A DNA stretch of 64,000 bases from Candidatus Latescibacterota bacterium (lineage in GTDB: Bacteria; Latescibacterota; UBA2968). This document shows positions 47,971 through 57,603 of this stretch, one piece after another. The notes beneath the pieces are model-generated. The model was given only the letters and a program-made list of their open reading frames with translations. It made no database searches and had not been told where the DNA came from. Location: contig OZ241986.1 of NCBI GenBank assembly GCA_965204375.1, positions 992,001-1,056,000 of the forward strand. Reading direction: 5' to 3'. The position numbers and the translations under genes were made by a program. The stretch's first letter is position 1; every line of letters starts with the position of its first letter.

Positions 47971-48720
47971 TCAAATTTCGGTCTTTTCTTTTAGAGATAG
48001 AAGTTGATCGCGCAGTTCTGCGGCGCGTTCGAAGTCTTCGAGGCCCACGGCTTCGCGGATCTGGTCGCGCAGGTCTTGAGATAGGGATTTGGGGCGGTCG
48101 CGGCGAATCTCGTCTGCCCACTCCTGGAGGAAGGCGATCTCTTCGCTTTCTTCAATGAGGTCGTGCCGATCAAATTCCCTGAAGAAGGCTCGGAGTTCGT
48201 CAATGCCTTCGTCTATTTTTGACAGTGCCATATCGTAGGCTTCGCGTTCGAGGTACATCAGGACTTCAGCCCTTACGCGGTGTCCAATGACAAAGGGACG
48301 ATAGTGCTCAAACGCCATACGATCTTCCTCATCTTCTGCGTATTCTTTGACAAAGTCGAAAAGTTCGAGGTTGCGTTCGGCGTCTTTTTTGGCGTTGAGA
48401 TATTCGCCTATTTCGAGAAAGCTAATGCGGCGATGATAATATTGGAGGGCTTCCATCTGGAGTTCCATACAGTTTTCAGAATTGAGCGCAAAGTTTTCTG
48501 GACCGCGTTTTTGCGCCAGCGCTTTGTAATAGTGCAAGAGCGATTCATACCCTTCGGGCTGTTGACCGTCGGGGCGGCCGGTGACATCCATTTGTAAGAT
48601 GCCCATTTCGATGCGGAGTTGAACTTTGGCGCGACCATCATTTCCTCTGATTTTGCGAACACACAATTGCCCGGGTTCACAGGGCCAGTCATCCAGAAGT
48701 GGCTGAATATCTTTACTCAT
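47971..48720 (-). CDS. Conserved protein with C-terminal UvrB/UvrC motif
   Basis: QLRIEMGILQM...GRPDG, AV..EDFERAAELRD. Confidence 0.85.
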   Translation of the reverse strand: MSKDIQPLLDDWPCEPGQLCVRKIRGNDGRAKVQLRIEMGILQMDVTGRPDGQQPEGYESLLHYYKALAQKRGPENFALNSENCMELQMEALQYYHRRISFLEIGEYLNAKKDAERNLELFDFVKEYAEDEEDRMAFEHYRPFVIGHRVRAEVLMYLEREAYDMALSKIDEGIDELRAFFREFDRHDLIEESEEIAFLQEWADEIRRDRPKSLSQDLRDQIREAVGLEDFERAAELRDQLLSLKEKTEI

Positions 48721-48839
48721 CGGTGCGTATCCTCCATTGATAGATTGGCTTAGGAAAATAAGCTCGCAAGCAGTTTACGATAATCACTATATGTTGTCAA
48801 GAAATTAGCGGTGAAAGGTGGGGGTATGATTTTCACACC

Positions 48840-49892
48840 TCATCGCACTTCGGGTATTGACACACTCAGTTCATTTGCTGTTTCGACTGTGTTATCCCAG
48901 GTTTCGTCTTCGATAAAGACACCTTCTGCTTCGCGTTTGGTGCGCGTATCGTGTTCGATTTCCCCTGGGAGATAAATTTTATCGACACCGGGCTGGGTGC
49001 GAGAGGACTTGATCCAGTCGCAGAGACGACCTATTTCGTTGAGATAGTCAGAGAGGTCGATAAAGCTGTCGATTTTAATGGCGATGGCGATATAGCCACT
49101 GCCGCCTCGCGTGGGTTGTTCTGAACTGCATCCCGCCCATGAGAGACCGCCCGCGATGGCGTCGATCATCATGCCCAGGCCATATCCTTTGTGGCCCTGA
49201 GGTCCGCCCAGAGGCAGCATTGCCACAGCGTCGCCATTACCTTTGAAGCGATTGGGGTCATTCACGGGATTGCCGTCTGAGTCTATGAGCCAGCCATCGG
49301 GTGTTTGTTGCCCGCGCGCGCGATATACGTCGACTTTGCCACCGGCAGACATGCTGGTGGTTATGTCGAGCATGAGGGGAGGTCCGTTGGGTGTGGGGGC
49401 ACTGAAGGCTATGGGGTTGGGAGGCAGACGTCGGCTCGTGCCACCAAAGGGAGCGGTGAAGCGTCCGCCGCCATTGAGCATGAGCAAGCCAATGCAGTTG
49501 CGTTCAGCCGCTTTGGGCGGATAATCGCCCAGGCGACCGATATGACTGGATCGGTGAACAGCTATGGCGCCGATGGTGTGTTCGAGGGCGCGGTCAGTAG
49601 CCATTTGCATGGCTTTGTGGGCGACGACAATGCCGATGGTGCGCTCGGCATCAATGACGGCTGAAACGGGGGTTTCTCGAATGATTTTGAGTTCGCGCAC
49701 GGGTTTGATGTTGCCACTTGTGATGGCGCGGATATAGCCCGGCGTGCGAATAACACCGTGCGAATCGTGTCCGTAGAGGTTGGCATCCACGAGGTGGTCG
49801 GCTACGATGTGCGCCTGATCTTCTGGAAATCCCGCAGCACTGTAGAGTTCGCGTTGCAGGGTTCGAAGATGGGTTGCGTCAATAATGGGCAT
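48840..49892 (-). CDS. Ldh_2 (malate/L-lactate dehydrogenase)-family oxidoreductase
   Basis: ANLYGHDSHG, HIGRLG, NPIAF, GHKGYGL, LPGE. Confidence 0.9.
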   Translation of the reverse strand: MPIIDATHLRTLQRELYSAAGFPEDQAHIVADHLVDANLYGHDSHGVIRTPGYIRAITSGNIKPVRELKIIRETPVSAVIDAERTIGIVVAHKAMQMATDRALEHTIGAIAVHRSSHIGRLGDYPPKAAERNCIGLLMLNGGGRFTAPFGGTSRRLPPNPIAFSAPTPNGPPLMLDITTSMSAGGKVDVYRARGQQTPDGWLIDSDGNPVNDPNRFKGNGDAVAMLPLGGPQGHKGYGLGMMIDAIAGGLSWAGCSSEQPTRGGSGYIAIAIKIDSFIDLSDYLNEIGRLCDWIKSSRTQPGVDKIYLPGEIEHDTRTKREAEGVFIEDETWDNTVETANELSVSIPEVR

Positions 49893-49939
49893 ATAGTTAT
49901 GTCCTTTCGAAAAGAATGCGCGTGTGTGCCGGAATCCGT

Positions 49940-51118
49940 CTATTGGATCGCCTGGCGAACCCAATTGAGCGCGGAGAGCGGCATGATACCGTAGTTGTAA
50001 AAGGCGAATTTGGTCACGCCTTGTTCTCGGGCCGCTTGTAGATTGGCACAGAGGGTTTCTGCATCGGGGGAGGCTGGGGGATAGGCTTGTAGTCCGACAA
50101 CGAGTTGGTCTGGACTCTGGAGGATGGGTAAAAGTTCAGAGACTCGCGTTCTGGTGCGTTGGGGATCAGCAGTATAAGAAAGAATTTCTACACTGTCAGC
50201 AATTTGTGCAATGGCTTTGGGATTCGATCTCGTGATTTTTGAATCGCCCATCAAGATATAGGAGAGCGGGACATCAACGGACGCTTTGAGTTCGCGCACG
50301 AGGGATGTGACAATTTCTTCGCGCATGGCGTCAAATGCTTCGAGGTCTGGTATTGTGCGTTTGAGTTCTGTGATCGTTTCCCGAACGGGTTGACCGGTTT
50401 CAAAGGCCGTGCGGATTTTTGCGGTGACAGCACTTTGTAGCCGGGCAATGTCGATATTGGCTTCCATCGCTTGTTTTTTGCAGCTATCGCAGAAACAGAG
50501 TGAAAAGAGGTAGCGTCCGCCAGGGCCCAGGTCAATACCGTGTTTGGCGTGGTAGTGCAGGTGACCCCAACCGGAGTAGGCGAGGGATTCGCATTCGAGG
50601 AGGGAGATGCCGTAGTTGAGAACGAGATCGCGAGAAAGAGCGATAGCAAAGGCGCGTACGTCTGGGTTTGCCGGGCAGAGGGCCGATGTGCTGATGTCAC
50701 CTGTGCAGCGGACTTCGGCACATTCGGGATGGGATTGCGCCAGGTAGGAGTTGTGAAAAAATACGGTCCATGAATTGAGATTTATACCAGCGGCTTTTGC
50801 GGCTTTTGCGGCTTCGCCCCACCAGTTTTCATTTTGCATCAAAGGGCTAACATGTGGTTTGATCGCGCCGTAGAGCGATTCCTGTGGCTCAAAATAAATC
50901 GCTGATTGTGAGACCTCGAGTGTGTTATTGGCGGGGAGATGGGGGCGCAACATGTCAAAGGTGTGGTAAGCCGACGCGAGGTTGATGGCGTCGAGTTTAA
51001 CTTCTTCGCGAAGTTTGTGGAGAACGGCGTCATAACCTTCGTCGCGTAAATCCCAGGGATAAGTCCACATGGTGGCGTTGAGTGCAGGCATTGGGATGCT
51101 CCTTTCTCTGTGAGACAT
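49940..51118 (-). CDS. Hypothetical protein (probable TIM barrel, glycoside-hydrolase-like)
   Basis: WTYPWDL, LASAYH, LCPANPDVR, FYNYG. Confidence 0.65.
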   Translation of the reverse strand: MSHRERSIPMPALNATMWTYPWDLRDEGYDAVLHKLREEVKLDAINLASAYHTFDMLRPHLPANNTLEVSQSAIYFEPQESLYGAIKPHVSPLMQNENWWGEAAKAAKAAGINLNSWTVFFHNSYLAQSHPECAEVRCTGDISTSALCPANPDVRAFAIALSRDLVLNYGISLLECESLAYSGWGHLHYHAKHGIDLGPGGRYLFSLCFCDSCKKQAMEANIDIARLQSAVTAKIRTAFETGQPVRETITELKRTIPDLEAFDAMREEIVTSLVRELKASVDVPLSYILMGDSKITRSNPKAIAQIADSVEILSYTADPQRTRTRVSELLPILQSPDQLVVGLQAYPPASPDAETLCANLQAAREQGVTKFAFYNYGIMPLSALNWVRQAIQ

Positions 51119-51173
51119 GGTATTTTCATTTTGGATAATTTCAAAGTGATTTTTGAAACGGGTTGAAAGGGGA

Positions 51174-51202
51174 TTGACTTTTTTCCCAAAATATGGTATA
51201 AC
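51174..51202 (+). promoter_or_regulatory. Sigma70 promoter
   Basis: TTGACT-17 bp-TATAAC with an extended TG. Confidence 0.6.
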
Positions 51203-51236
51203 CTGTTTTTGTATTCAACATTGTTTGGAGGAATGG

Positions 51237-52250
51237 ATGACAAAACTCGGATTGGGTGTGATTGGATGCGGCAATATGGGCGCGAGTCTGGCCAATGGTG
51301 CGCGGGATTTGGACTGCGCTGAAGTGGTTTGTGTCAGCGATGTGGATAGTGAAAAAGGCCGGGCACTATCCGAGAAAATAGACTGCGATTACGAGGTGGA
51401 TTATCATACCATGCTGGCGCGGGAGGATGTGCAGGCGGTCATGATTGCCACGCCGCCGTTTTTGCACAGTGATCCCACGATTGCAGCAGCCCGAGCGGGC
51501 GTGCATGTGTTTTGCGAGAAGCCCATGTCGCCGACGCTGGCGGAGTGTGATGCGATGATCGCCGCGTGTGAGCAAGGCGGGGTTAAGTTGGGTATTGGGC
51601 TGGTGTGTCGCTTTCACCCGGTGCATCGCAAGGTGCGCGATTTGGCTCGCGGGGGCGATTTGGGAACGCCTTTGTGTTTGATGGTCCATCGCCTGGGCGG
51701 TGGCTGGGGCGGTGTGTGGTCTGCAACATGGCGGAAGTCAAGGGATAAAAGTGGCGGTACGCTGATGGAAGTGAATGCGCATGAAATCGATTTTATGCGT
51801 TTTGTGATGGGCGATGCGGAATCGGTTTCTGCGGTGGGTGGGCAGTTCGTACAGACGGAGACAGATTTTCCAGATGTGGCACTCGTTTCCGTGCGATTCA
51901 AAAACGGTGGGGTAGGGGTATTGCATTCCAGTCAGGCAAGTGCTATTGGCGGTTATGGTGGTCGGTTGGATTGCGCCGAAGGCTCAGTGGTCTTCCCCTC
52001 GTTTTGGGGCGGTGAAGGTGGTTTGCGCTACAAGCGATACGATGGTGGTGAAACGGCGATTGCCGCGTCGGAGTTATCGCAAGATGAAAGCCCGGTGAGC
52101 CAGGAGATTCGCGCATTTTGCGAAGCGGTGCTCAATGGGGAGGAGCCACCGGTGTCTGGCGCAGATGGTCGGGCAGCCGTGGAGATTGCGTTGGCTGCTT
52201 ATCAGTCCATTGAAACGGGCGAAGCAATTGTGCTTCCATTTGAGGAATGA
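51237..52250 (+). CDS. Gfo/Idh/MocA oxidoreductase
   Basis: GVIGCGNMG, ATPPFLH, CEKPM, SGGTLME...HEID. Confidence 0.92.
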   Translation: MTKLGLGVIGCGNMGASLANGARDLDCAEVVCVSDVDSEKGRALSEKIDCDYEVDYHTMLAREDVQAVMIATPPFLHSDPTIAAARAGVHVFCEKPMSPTLAECDAMIAACEQGGVKLGIGLVCRFHPVHRKVRDLARGGDLGTPLCLMVHRLGGGWGGVWSATWRKSRDKSGGTLMEVNAHEIDFMRFVMGDAESVSAVGGQFVQTETDFPDVALVSVRFKNGGVGVLHSSQASAIGGYGGRLDCAEGSVVFPSFWGGEGGLRYKRYDGGETAIAASELSQDESPVSQEIRAFCEAVLNGEEPPVSGADGRAAVEIALAAYQSIETGEAIVLPFEE

Positions 52251-52256
52251 GACATC

Positions 52257-53495
52257 ATGGCGCGAAAATTTGATATTCCAGAGTTTTACAAAAGTCCGAT
52301 TATTTCGCAGGTTAAAAGAGCGCGACAATTATTGGATCCCAAAAAGCGCGATTTGCAGCCATCGGTTCTGGATTTTGGGCCTGTGCGATTTTCTTTGGCG
52401 CGGCATTTTGGGTTTTGCTTTGGCGTGGAGAATGCCATTGAAATTGCGTATAAGACCCTGGAAGCCCATTCGGATCGGCGCGTGTTTTTCCTGAGTGAGA
52501 TGATTCACAATCCCAATGTGAATGCAGATTTGCAGGATCGCGGCGTGAAGTTTATGTTTACGCCGTCTGGCGAACAGCTCATTCCGTGGGACGAACTTGT
52601 ACCCGAAGATATCGTGGTGGTGCCTGCTTTTGGTACAACTGTGGGAACGCAAGAGGAATTGGCCCGGCGAGGGATTGATCCCTATCAATACAATACCACA
52701 TGTCCATTTGTCGAAAAGGTGTGGAAGCGCAGTGCCCAATTGGGTGATGGGGATTATACTGTTATCATTCACGGAAAGACCATACACGAAGAGACGCGGG
52801 CGACTTTTTCACACGCGGTTCAAAATGCAGAGGTCGTAGCTGTACTGAATTTGAAAGAAGCGCGTATTCTATCAGATATTATTCGGGGCAAACGCGATCT
52901 CGGCGCTTTTGAACGGTATTTTAGACACAAGTGCTCACAGGGATTTGACCCCAGCATCCATTTGTCGCGCATCGGTGTGGTGAATCAGACGACGATGTTG
53001 GCTACTGAAACGCATAAAATCGCCGGGATCATTCGGCAGGCACTCATAGATCGGTATGGAGCGGAGAATATCGAAGATCATTTTGCGGATACATCAGATA
53101 CGCTTTGTTATGCCACCAACGAAAATCAGAATGCGACATATACGCTTATCGAGCGTGGAGCAGACATCGCTCTGGTTGTAGGGGGCTACAATTCTTCGAA
53201 TACATCGCATATTGTGGAATTGTGCGAGGAAGCCATGCCGACGTTTTTTGTGAAGGATGCCGGGGAGTTGATTTCAGAACGCGAAATTCGGCACTATTGT
53301 CTCAGGTCGCACGGGGTGGAGATTGCCGAGAATTGGTTGCCCGATAAAAGACCTGTGGATGTCGCACTGACATGTGGTGCTTCGTGTCCCGATGCCGTGG
53401 TAGATAGTGTGCTGTTGCGCGTGTTGTCTTTTTTTCCCGATGCGCGGGATGTAAATGATGTGCTGGCGTTGTACAGGGCGATGGAGCCTGTGTAA
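52257..53495 (+). CDS. ispH: 4-hydroxy-3-methylbut-2-enyl diphosphate reductase
   Basis: FGFCFGV, IHNP, TTCPFV, NQTT, TLCYAT, GGYNSSNT, GASCPD. Confidence 0.95.
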   Translation: MARKFDIPEFYKSPIISQVKRARQLLDPKKRDLQPSVLDFGPVRFSLARHFGFCFGVENAIEIAYKTLEAHSDRRVFFLSEMIHNPNVNADLQDRGVKFMFTPSGEQLIPWDELVPEDIVVVPAFGTTVGTQEELARRGIDPYQYNTTCPFVEKVWKRSAQLGDGDYTVIIHGKTIHEETRATFSHAVQNAEVVAVLNLKEARILSDIIRGKRDLGAFERYFRHKCSQGFDPSIHLSRIGVVNQTTMLATETHKIAGIIRQALIDRYGAENIEDHFADTSDTLCYATNENQNATYTLIERGADIALVVGGYNSSNTSHIVELCEEAMPTFFVKDAGELISEREIRHYCLRSHGVEIAENWLPDKRPVDVALTCGASCPDAVVDSVLLRVLSFFPDARDVNDVLALYRAMEPV

Positions 53496-53512
53496 TATGG
53501 AATGAGAGACGT

Positions 53513-53977
53513 TTACTCCTCTCCTAAGACTTCGAGAAGCCTGCGAACTTTTTCCAGTGACTCCTTTGTTTGCAAGCGTAGTAGTGCAGAAAGCACAGCT
53601 TTTCCGTCTTCAGAAGACAGTAAAATGTTCAGTTCTCTGAGTTGTTCTGTTGTGAGTGTATTAATCCGGTCGCTTACAATACTGCTCAACTCGGGATCGC
53701 GTTCTCGCGGGTAAACGATAGTTGTTTCGGGATTTGCACCCAAAAGGACCTCCGGCGAAACGCCCAGGGCAGTAGCAATAGCGACCAGAGTATCGGTTCG
53801 AGGCACTTTTGTCTCTGCTTCAATGCGAGATACTGTCGCCTGATCAATATTGGCCGCATTGGCGAGGTCGAGTTGAGACCAGTTTTTTGCGTGCCGTAAT
53901 TCCCTTATTTTTCGTCCGGTTACGATCATAAATGAAAAATAAGGTAATTTTATGGATTTATTTATGTTCATAGGCAT
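53513..53977 (-). CDS. XRE-family HTH regulator
   Basis: IRELRHAKNWSQLDLA......TVSRIE....P. Start may be 53929. Confidence 0.85.
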   Translation of the reverse strand: MPMNINKSIKLPYFSFMIVTGRKIRELRHAKNWSQLDLANAANIDQATVSRIEAETKVPRTDTLVAIATALGVSPEVLLGANPETTIVYPRERDPELSSIVSDRINTLTTEQLRELNILLSSEDGKAVLSALLRLQTKESLEKVRRLLEVLGEE

Positions 53978-54011
53978 ATATTGCGATTAAAAATATGTAT
54001 TTATACATATT
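53962..54011. promoter_or_regulatory. Candidate XRE operators
   Basis: Perfect palindrome AATATGTAT-TT-ATACATATT (53992-54011) and a second ATG-N8-CAT site (53964-53977). Confidence 0.55.
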
Positions 54012-54041
54012 ACACGTTTGCATTTTTGGATTGGAGCCGCT

Positions 54042-54842
54042 ATGAGAAAAATGTATTGGACAGATCTGAGAACTTCTAAAATTCAGTGTGCAAACGCAGA
54101 CGGTTCAGATGTCAAAGATCTCGTTACGACTGGATTGCGTATTCCAAATAGCATCGCCCTGGATGGAGACGGGGGTAAGATGTACTGGACGGACGCTGGA
54201 ACGTCCAAAATTCAGCGTGCAAACCTGGATGGTTCAGATGTCGAAGATCTCGTTGTTACCGATGTATATCTTCCAGGCGGAATGACGGTGCATGGAAAGA
54301 AGAAAAAAATATATTGGACAGACGCGGCCTGGGGAGAGACCGTGGAGTGCAAAGTACAACGAGCGGACCTGGATGGCTCTCATGTCGAAACTCTCGTTTT
54401 CACCGAAATGAGTATTCCCAACGGTATCGTCCTGGATCTGGACATGGGTAAGATGTACTGGACGGACTTAACTAAAATTCAACGAGCGAACCTGGATGGC
54501 TCTCATGTTGAAATCCTCGTTTTCACCGAATTACTGCCATTGGGGATTGCCTTAGACGCAGGTGAAGGGAAGATGTACTGGACGAACTATAAGGGTGCTG
54601 GCGTGTCTAAAATTCAACGAGCGAACCTGGAGGGCTCCGATGTTGAAGATCTCGTGACTGAAGGATTGGATCGTCCGTCGGGGATTGCTCTGGATGTCGT
54701 CAGAGGGAAGATGTACTGGGGGGACTATGACAACTATGGCACGGCTAAAATTCAATGTGCGAATTTAGATGGTTCAGATGTTGAAGATCTTGTTGCTACG
54801 GGATTGGATCGCCCATCGGGGATTTCACTGTGCTGCTTCTAA
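54042..54842 (+). CDS. LDL-receptor class B (YWTD) repeat beta-propeller protein
   Basis: Six KMYWTD...KIQRANLDGS.VEDLV...P.GIALD repeats. Confidence 0.88.
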   Translation: MRKMYWTDLRTSKIQCANADGSDVKDLVTTGLRIPNSIALDGDGGKMYWTDAGTSKIQRANLDGSDVEDLVVTDVYLPGGMTVHGKKKKIYWTDAAWGETVECKVQRADLDGSHVETLVFTEMSIPNGIVLDLDMGKMYWTDLTKIQRANLDGSHVEILVFTELLPLGIALDAGEGKMYWTNYKGAGVSKIQRANLEGSDVEDLVTEGLDRPSGIALDVVRGKMYWGDYDNYGTAKIQCANLDGSDVEDLVATGLDRPSGISLCCF

Positions 54843-54862
54843 TACCTCCACCTTTTCAAGGG

Positions 54863-54891
54863 TTGACTTTCGCTTTTGCATGGGCTATATT
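54863..54891 (+). promoter_or_regulatory. Sigma70 promoter of the candidate RNA
   Basis: TTGACT-17 bp-TATATT. Confidence 0.7.
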
Positions 54892-54897
54892 GGAACC

Positions 54898-55146
54898 ACA
54901 CAAGAAAGGAGGTGGTCGAATGAGTGAAATGACCAGTGGAGGTGGCTGTCGTTAGGTGCGCCTCTGCCAGGAGCGGGAATAGCATCTCGAATGGTAGCGC
55001 ACCTGGCAATCCAAGACAGCCATCGAACGGCTTGTTATCTGCCACATTGGCGATTTTTTGACAATCGCGAGGCAGAAACTTCCGTCAGACGATGCGCCGC
55101 ACGGAGATGGGTCGGTTTTCCGACACCCGACGTGCGGCGCTTTTTT
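54898..55146 (+). ncRNA. Unidentified structured RNA with extended SD and an 11-codon ORF (54920-54955)
   Basis: Own promoter and terminator. Stems GGTGGCTGTC/GACAGCCATC, GTTAGGTGCGC/GCGCACCTGGC, TCTGCC/GGCAGA, GCGATT/AATCGC. Confidence 0.65.
55094..55146 (+). terminator. Intrinsic terminator
   Basis: GCGCCGCACG...CGTGCGGCGC followed by TTTTTT. Confidence 0.8.
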
Positions 55147-55159
55147 GTGGGTTTCTAAC

Positions 55160-55187
55160 TTGACAAAATTGGATTATACTGTACCTT
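55160..55187 (+). promoter_or_regulatory. Probable rplM promoter
   Basis: TTGACA-16 bp-TACCTT. Confidence 0.45.
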
Positions 55188-55239
55188 CAAAGGCTTAAAA
55201 TACTTTGAGATTTCAAATATTTGGAGAGGAAGTGAAAAG

Positions 55240-55671
55240 ATGATGACACCGAGTGCCAAAAAAGGTGATGTTGAACACACCTGGTATGTCGCCGATGCAG
55301 AAGGCAAGATACTGGGGCGATTTGCCAGTGGCGTTGCCCGAATTTTGCGCGGCAAACACAAGCCTTTTTATACCCCCCATGTTGATACGGGGGATCACGT
55401 AGTTGTTATAAATGCCGAAAAAATTCAGGTGAAGGGCAATAACAAAGCCCAGCAGAAGGTTTATACGAGCTATAGTGGGTATCCCAGCGGGCTTAAGAAG
55501 CAAACGCTGGAAGACGCGCTGGAAAAGCGCCCCACATTTGTACTTGAGCACGCGATTCGGGGTATGTTGCCCCACAACAAATTGGGGCGACAGATGATCA
55601 AAAAGGTCCGTATTTACGCCGGGCCAGAGCACCCACACCAGGCTCAGTCTCCTGAGCCTATTGATTTATAG
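55240..55671 (+). CDS. rplM: 50S ribosomal protein L13
   Basis: [37 protein letters not shown]. Confidence 0.98.
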   Translation: MMTPSAKKGDVEHTWYVADAEGKILGRFASGVARILRGKHKPFYTPHVDTGDHVVVINAEKIQVKGNNKAQQKVYTSYSGYPSGLKKQTLEDALEKRPTFVLEHAIRGMLPHNKLGRQMIKKVRIYAGPEHPHQAQSPEPIDL

Positions 55672-55684
55672 AGGAGGTGATTAT

Positions 55685-56080
55685 TTGGCAGTTGAACCAC
55701 TGAGTTCTGCTACGGGGCGTCGAAAAACATCGACGGCGCATGTGAAACTTTTCCCTGGAACGGGATCGATTGTTATCAATGGGCTTTCCGCGCTCGATTA
55801 TCTCAAACGGGAGACATTGGTGATGATTATCGAACAGCCCTTAGATGTGACCGAGACCCGGGGGACTTATGATATTGTTGCCAAAGCAAAGGGGGGCGGT
55901 TTGACCGGCCAGGCCGGCGCCGTGCGATTGGGTATTGCGCGCAGTTTGCAAAGCGTGAATACGAGCAATCACAAACCCCTGCGTCAGGCGGGCTTGCTCA
56001 CGCGCGATCCGCGCAAAGTGGAACGAAAAAAACCCGGGCAACCCGGCGCGCGCAAAAAATTCCAATTCTCCAAGCGTTAA
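55685..56080 (+). CDS. rpsI: 30S ribosomal protein S9
   Basis: TGRRKTS, GGGLTGQAGA, RDPRKVERKK, QFSKR. TTG start after AGGAGGTGA. Confidence 0.98.
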   Translation: MAVEPLSSATGRRKTSTAHVKLFPGTGSIVINGLSALDYLKRETLVMIIEQPLDVTETRGTYDIVAKAKGGGLTGQAGAVRLGIARSLQSVNTSNHKPLRQAGLLTRDPRKVERKKPGQPGARKKFQFSKR

Positions 56081-56102
56081 ACCAGAGTATTTTATCTGGA
56101 TA

Positions 56103-56176
56103 TCACATGTATCCTGATTGCTTCACGGGTGCCAGATGGCAATGCGGCAATATGAGGGATGCAGAGGACAAACCCA
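56103..56176 (+). promoter_or_regulatory. rpsB 5' leader (S2 autoregulatory, t44-like)
   Basis: TGTATCC/GGATGCA stem, CGGGTGCC..GGCA, GAGG..AAACCC (GGGU/ACCC pairing). Confidence 0.65.
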
Positions 56177-56192
56177 AAGTGCAGGAGGTGAC

Positions 56193-56951
56193 ATGGCTGT
56201 TGTTTCAATGAGGCAACTGCTCGAATCTGGCGTTCACTTCGGGCATCAAACCCGGCGGTGGAATCCAAAGATGCAGAAGTACATTTTTACAGAACGCAAT
56301 GGTATTTACATTGTCGATTTGCAAAAGACGCAGATGCAAATCGAAGCGGCATATCAGGCTGTGCGCAAGGCTGCCGAAACAGGCCAGCCGATTCTTTTTG
56401 TGGGTACGAAGAAACAGGCCAAAGACATCATTTCAGATGCCGCTGAACGCTGCGACATGTTTTTTGTCAACAACCGCTGGTTGGGGGGTATGCTGACGAA
56501 TTTTCAAACTATTCGGCAGAGCATTCGCCGCCTGGATACGCTGGATAAAATGGCCAGCGATGGCACATATGAGCAGTTGACCAAAAAGGAAGTGTTGCGT
56601 TTGGAACGCGAGCGCGATAAGTTGCAAAAATCCCTGGGCGGGATCCGCAGCATGGGGCGTTTGCCGGCACTCGTATTTGTCGTGGATACCAAAAAGGAAA
56701 AAATCGCAGTCGCCGAAGCGCGCCGCCTGGAAATTCCGCTTGTAGCGATTGTCGATACCAACTGCGACCCGGATGAGGTTGACCATCCCATTCCGGGCAA
56801 TGATGATGCAATGCGGTCCATTGCGCTGGTTACAAATTTGATGGCCGAGGCCGTGATCGAAGGGACAACTGTTCGACAGGATGAAGAAGAAGATGCCCCT
56901 GTGCCAGATGCAGGCCCTGAGATTACAGAAATTGATCCCAGCAATAATTAA
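56193..56951 (+). CDS. rpsB: 30S ribosomal protein S2
   Basis: [35 protein letters not shown]. Confidence 0.98.
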   Translation: MAVVSMRQLLESGVHFGHQTRRWNPKMQKYIFTERNGIYIVDLQKTQMQIEAAYQAVRKAAETGQPILFVGTKKQAKDIISDAAERCDMFFVNNRWLGGMLTNFQTIRQSIRRLDTLDKMASDGTYEQLTKKEVLRLERERDKLQKSLGGIRSMGRLPALVFVVDTKKEKIAVAEARRLEIPLVAIVDTNCDPDEVDHPIPGNDDAMRSIALVTNLMAEAVIEGTTVRQDEEEDAPVPDAGPEITEIDPSNN

Positions 56952-56974
56952 ATCAAAAGAGGACGGAGATTGAA

Positions 56975-57574
56975 ATGGCTATTTCTGCAAAAATGGTTCA
57001 GGAGTTGCGTGCCAGAACCAATGTGGGCATGATGGATTGTAAACGAGCGCTTGAAGAGGCCGATGGCGTCATGGATAAGGCTGTTGAGTTGTTGCGTAAA
57101 CGGGGCATTGCCAAAGCCGAGAGCAGGGCGGGACGTCAGGCCAAAGAGGGAGCGATTGCGTCTTATATCCATGCGGGAAGCCAATTGGGGGTTTTGCTCG
57201 AGATCAATAGCGAAACCGACTTTGTAGCGCGTACCGATGAGTTCCAGACGTTTTCAAAAGACGTGGCTATGCACATCGCCGCCGCCGCACCTCTTGTTGT
57301 GAATCGCGAGGAAGTAGATGCCGAAATGCTGGAAAGGGAAAAGAATATTTATCGCGACCAGGCACTCAGCGAAGGCAAACCCGAGCACATCGTGGATCGA
57401 ATTGTGGAAGGCCGCATGGAAAAATACTATGAGGAAGTGGTCTTAATGGAACAGGCTTTTGTCAAAGATCCGGACAAAACTATTCAGGATCTGCACTCAG
57501 AATTGGTGGCCAAGTGCGGTGAAAAAATTACCATTCGCCGATTCGCCCGTTTTGTCTTGGGTGAGGAGAGTTAG
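56975..57574 (+). CDS. tsf: Elongation factor Ts (short form)
   Basis: GMMDCKRAL, NSETDFVAR. Confidence 0.97.
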   Translation: MAISAKMVQELRARTNVGMMDCKRALEEADGVMDKAVELLRKRGIAKAESRAGRQAKEGAIASYIHAGSQLGVLLEINSETDFVARTDEFQTFSKDVAMHIAAAAPLVVNREEVDAEMLEREKNIYRDQALSEGKPEHIVDRIVEGRMEKYYEEVVLMEQAFVKDPDKTIQDLHSELVAKCGEKITIRRFARFVLGEES

Positions 57575-57603
57575 GCGTTTATAATGCCCAGAGGAGGTAC
57601 GCC

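Noticed and set aside
54898-55146. tmRNA, 6S, SRP or RNase P identity for the structured RNA
   Set aside because: There are no tRNA-like ends or Ala-terminated tag, it is not a single end-to-end rod, and no SRP or RNase P consensus was seen. An Rfam check is still needed.
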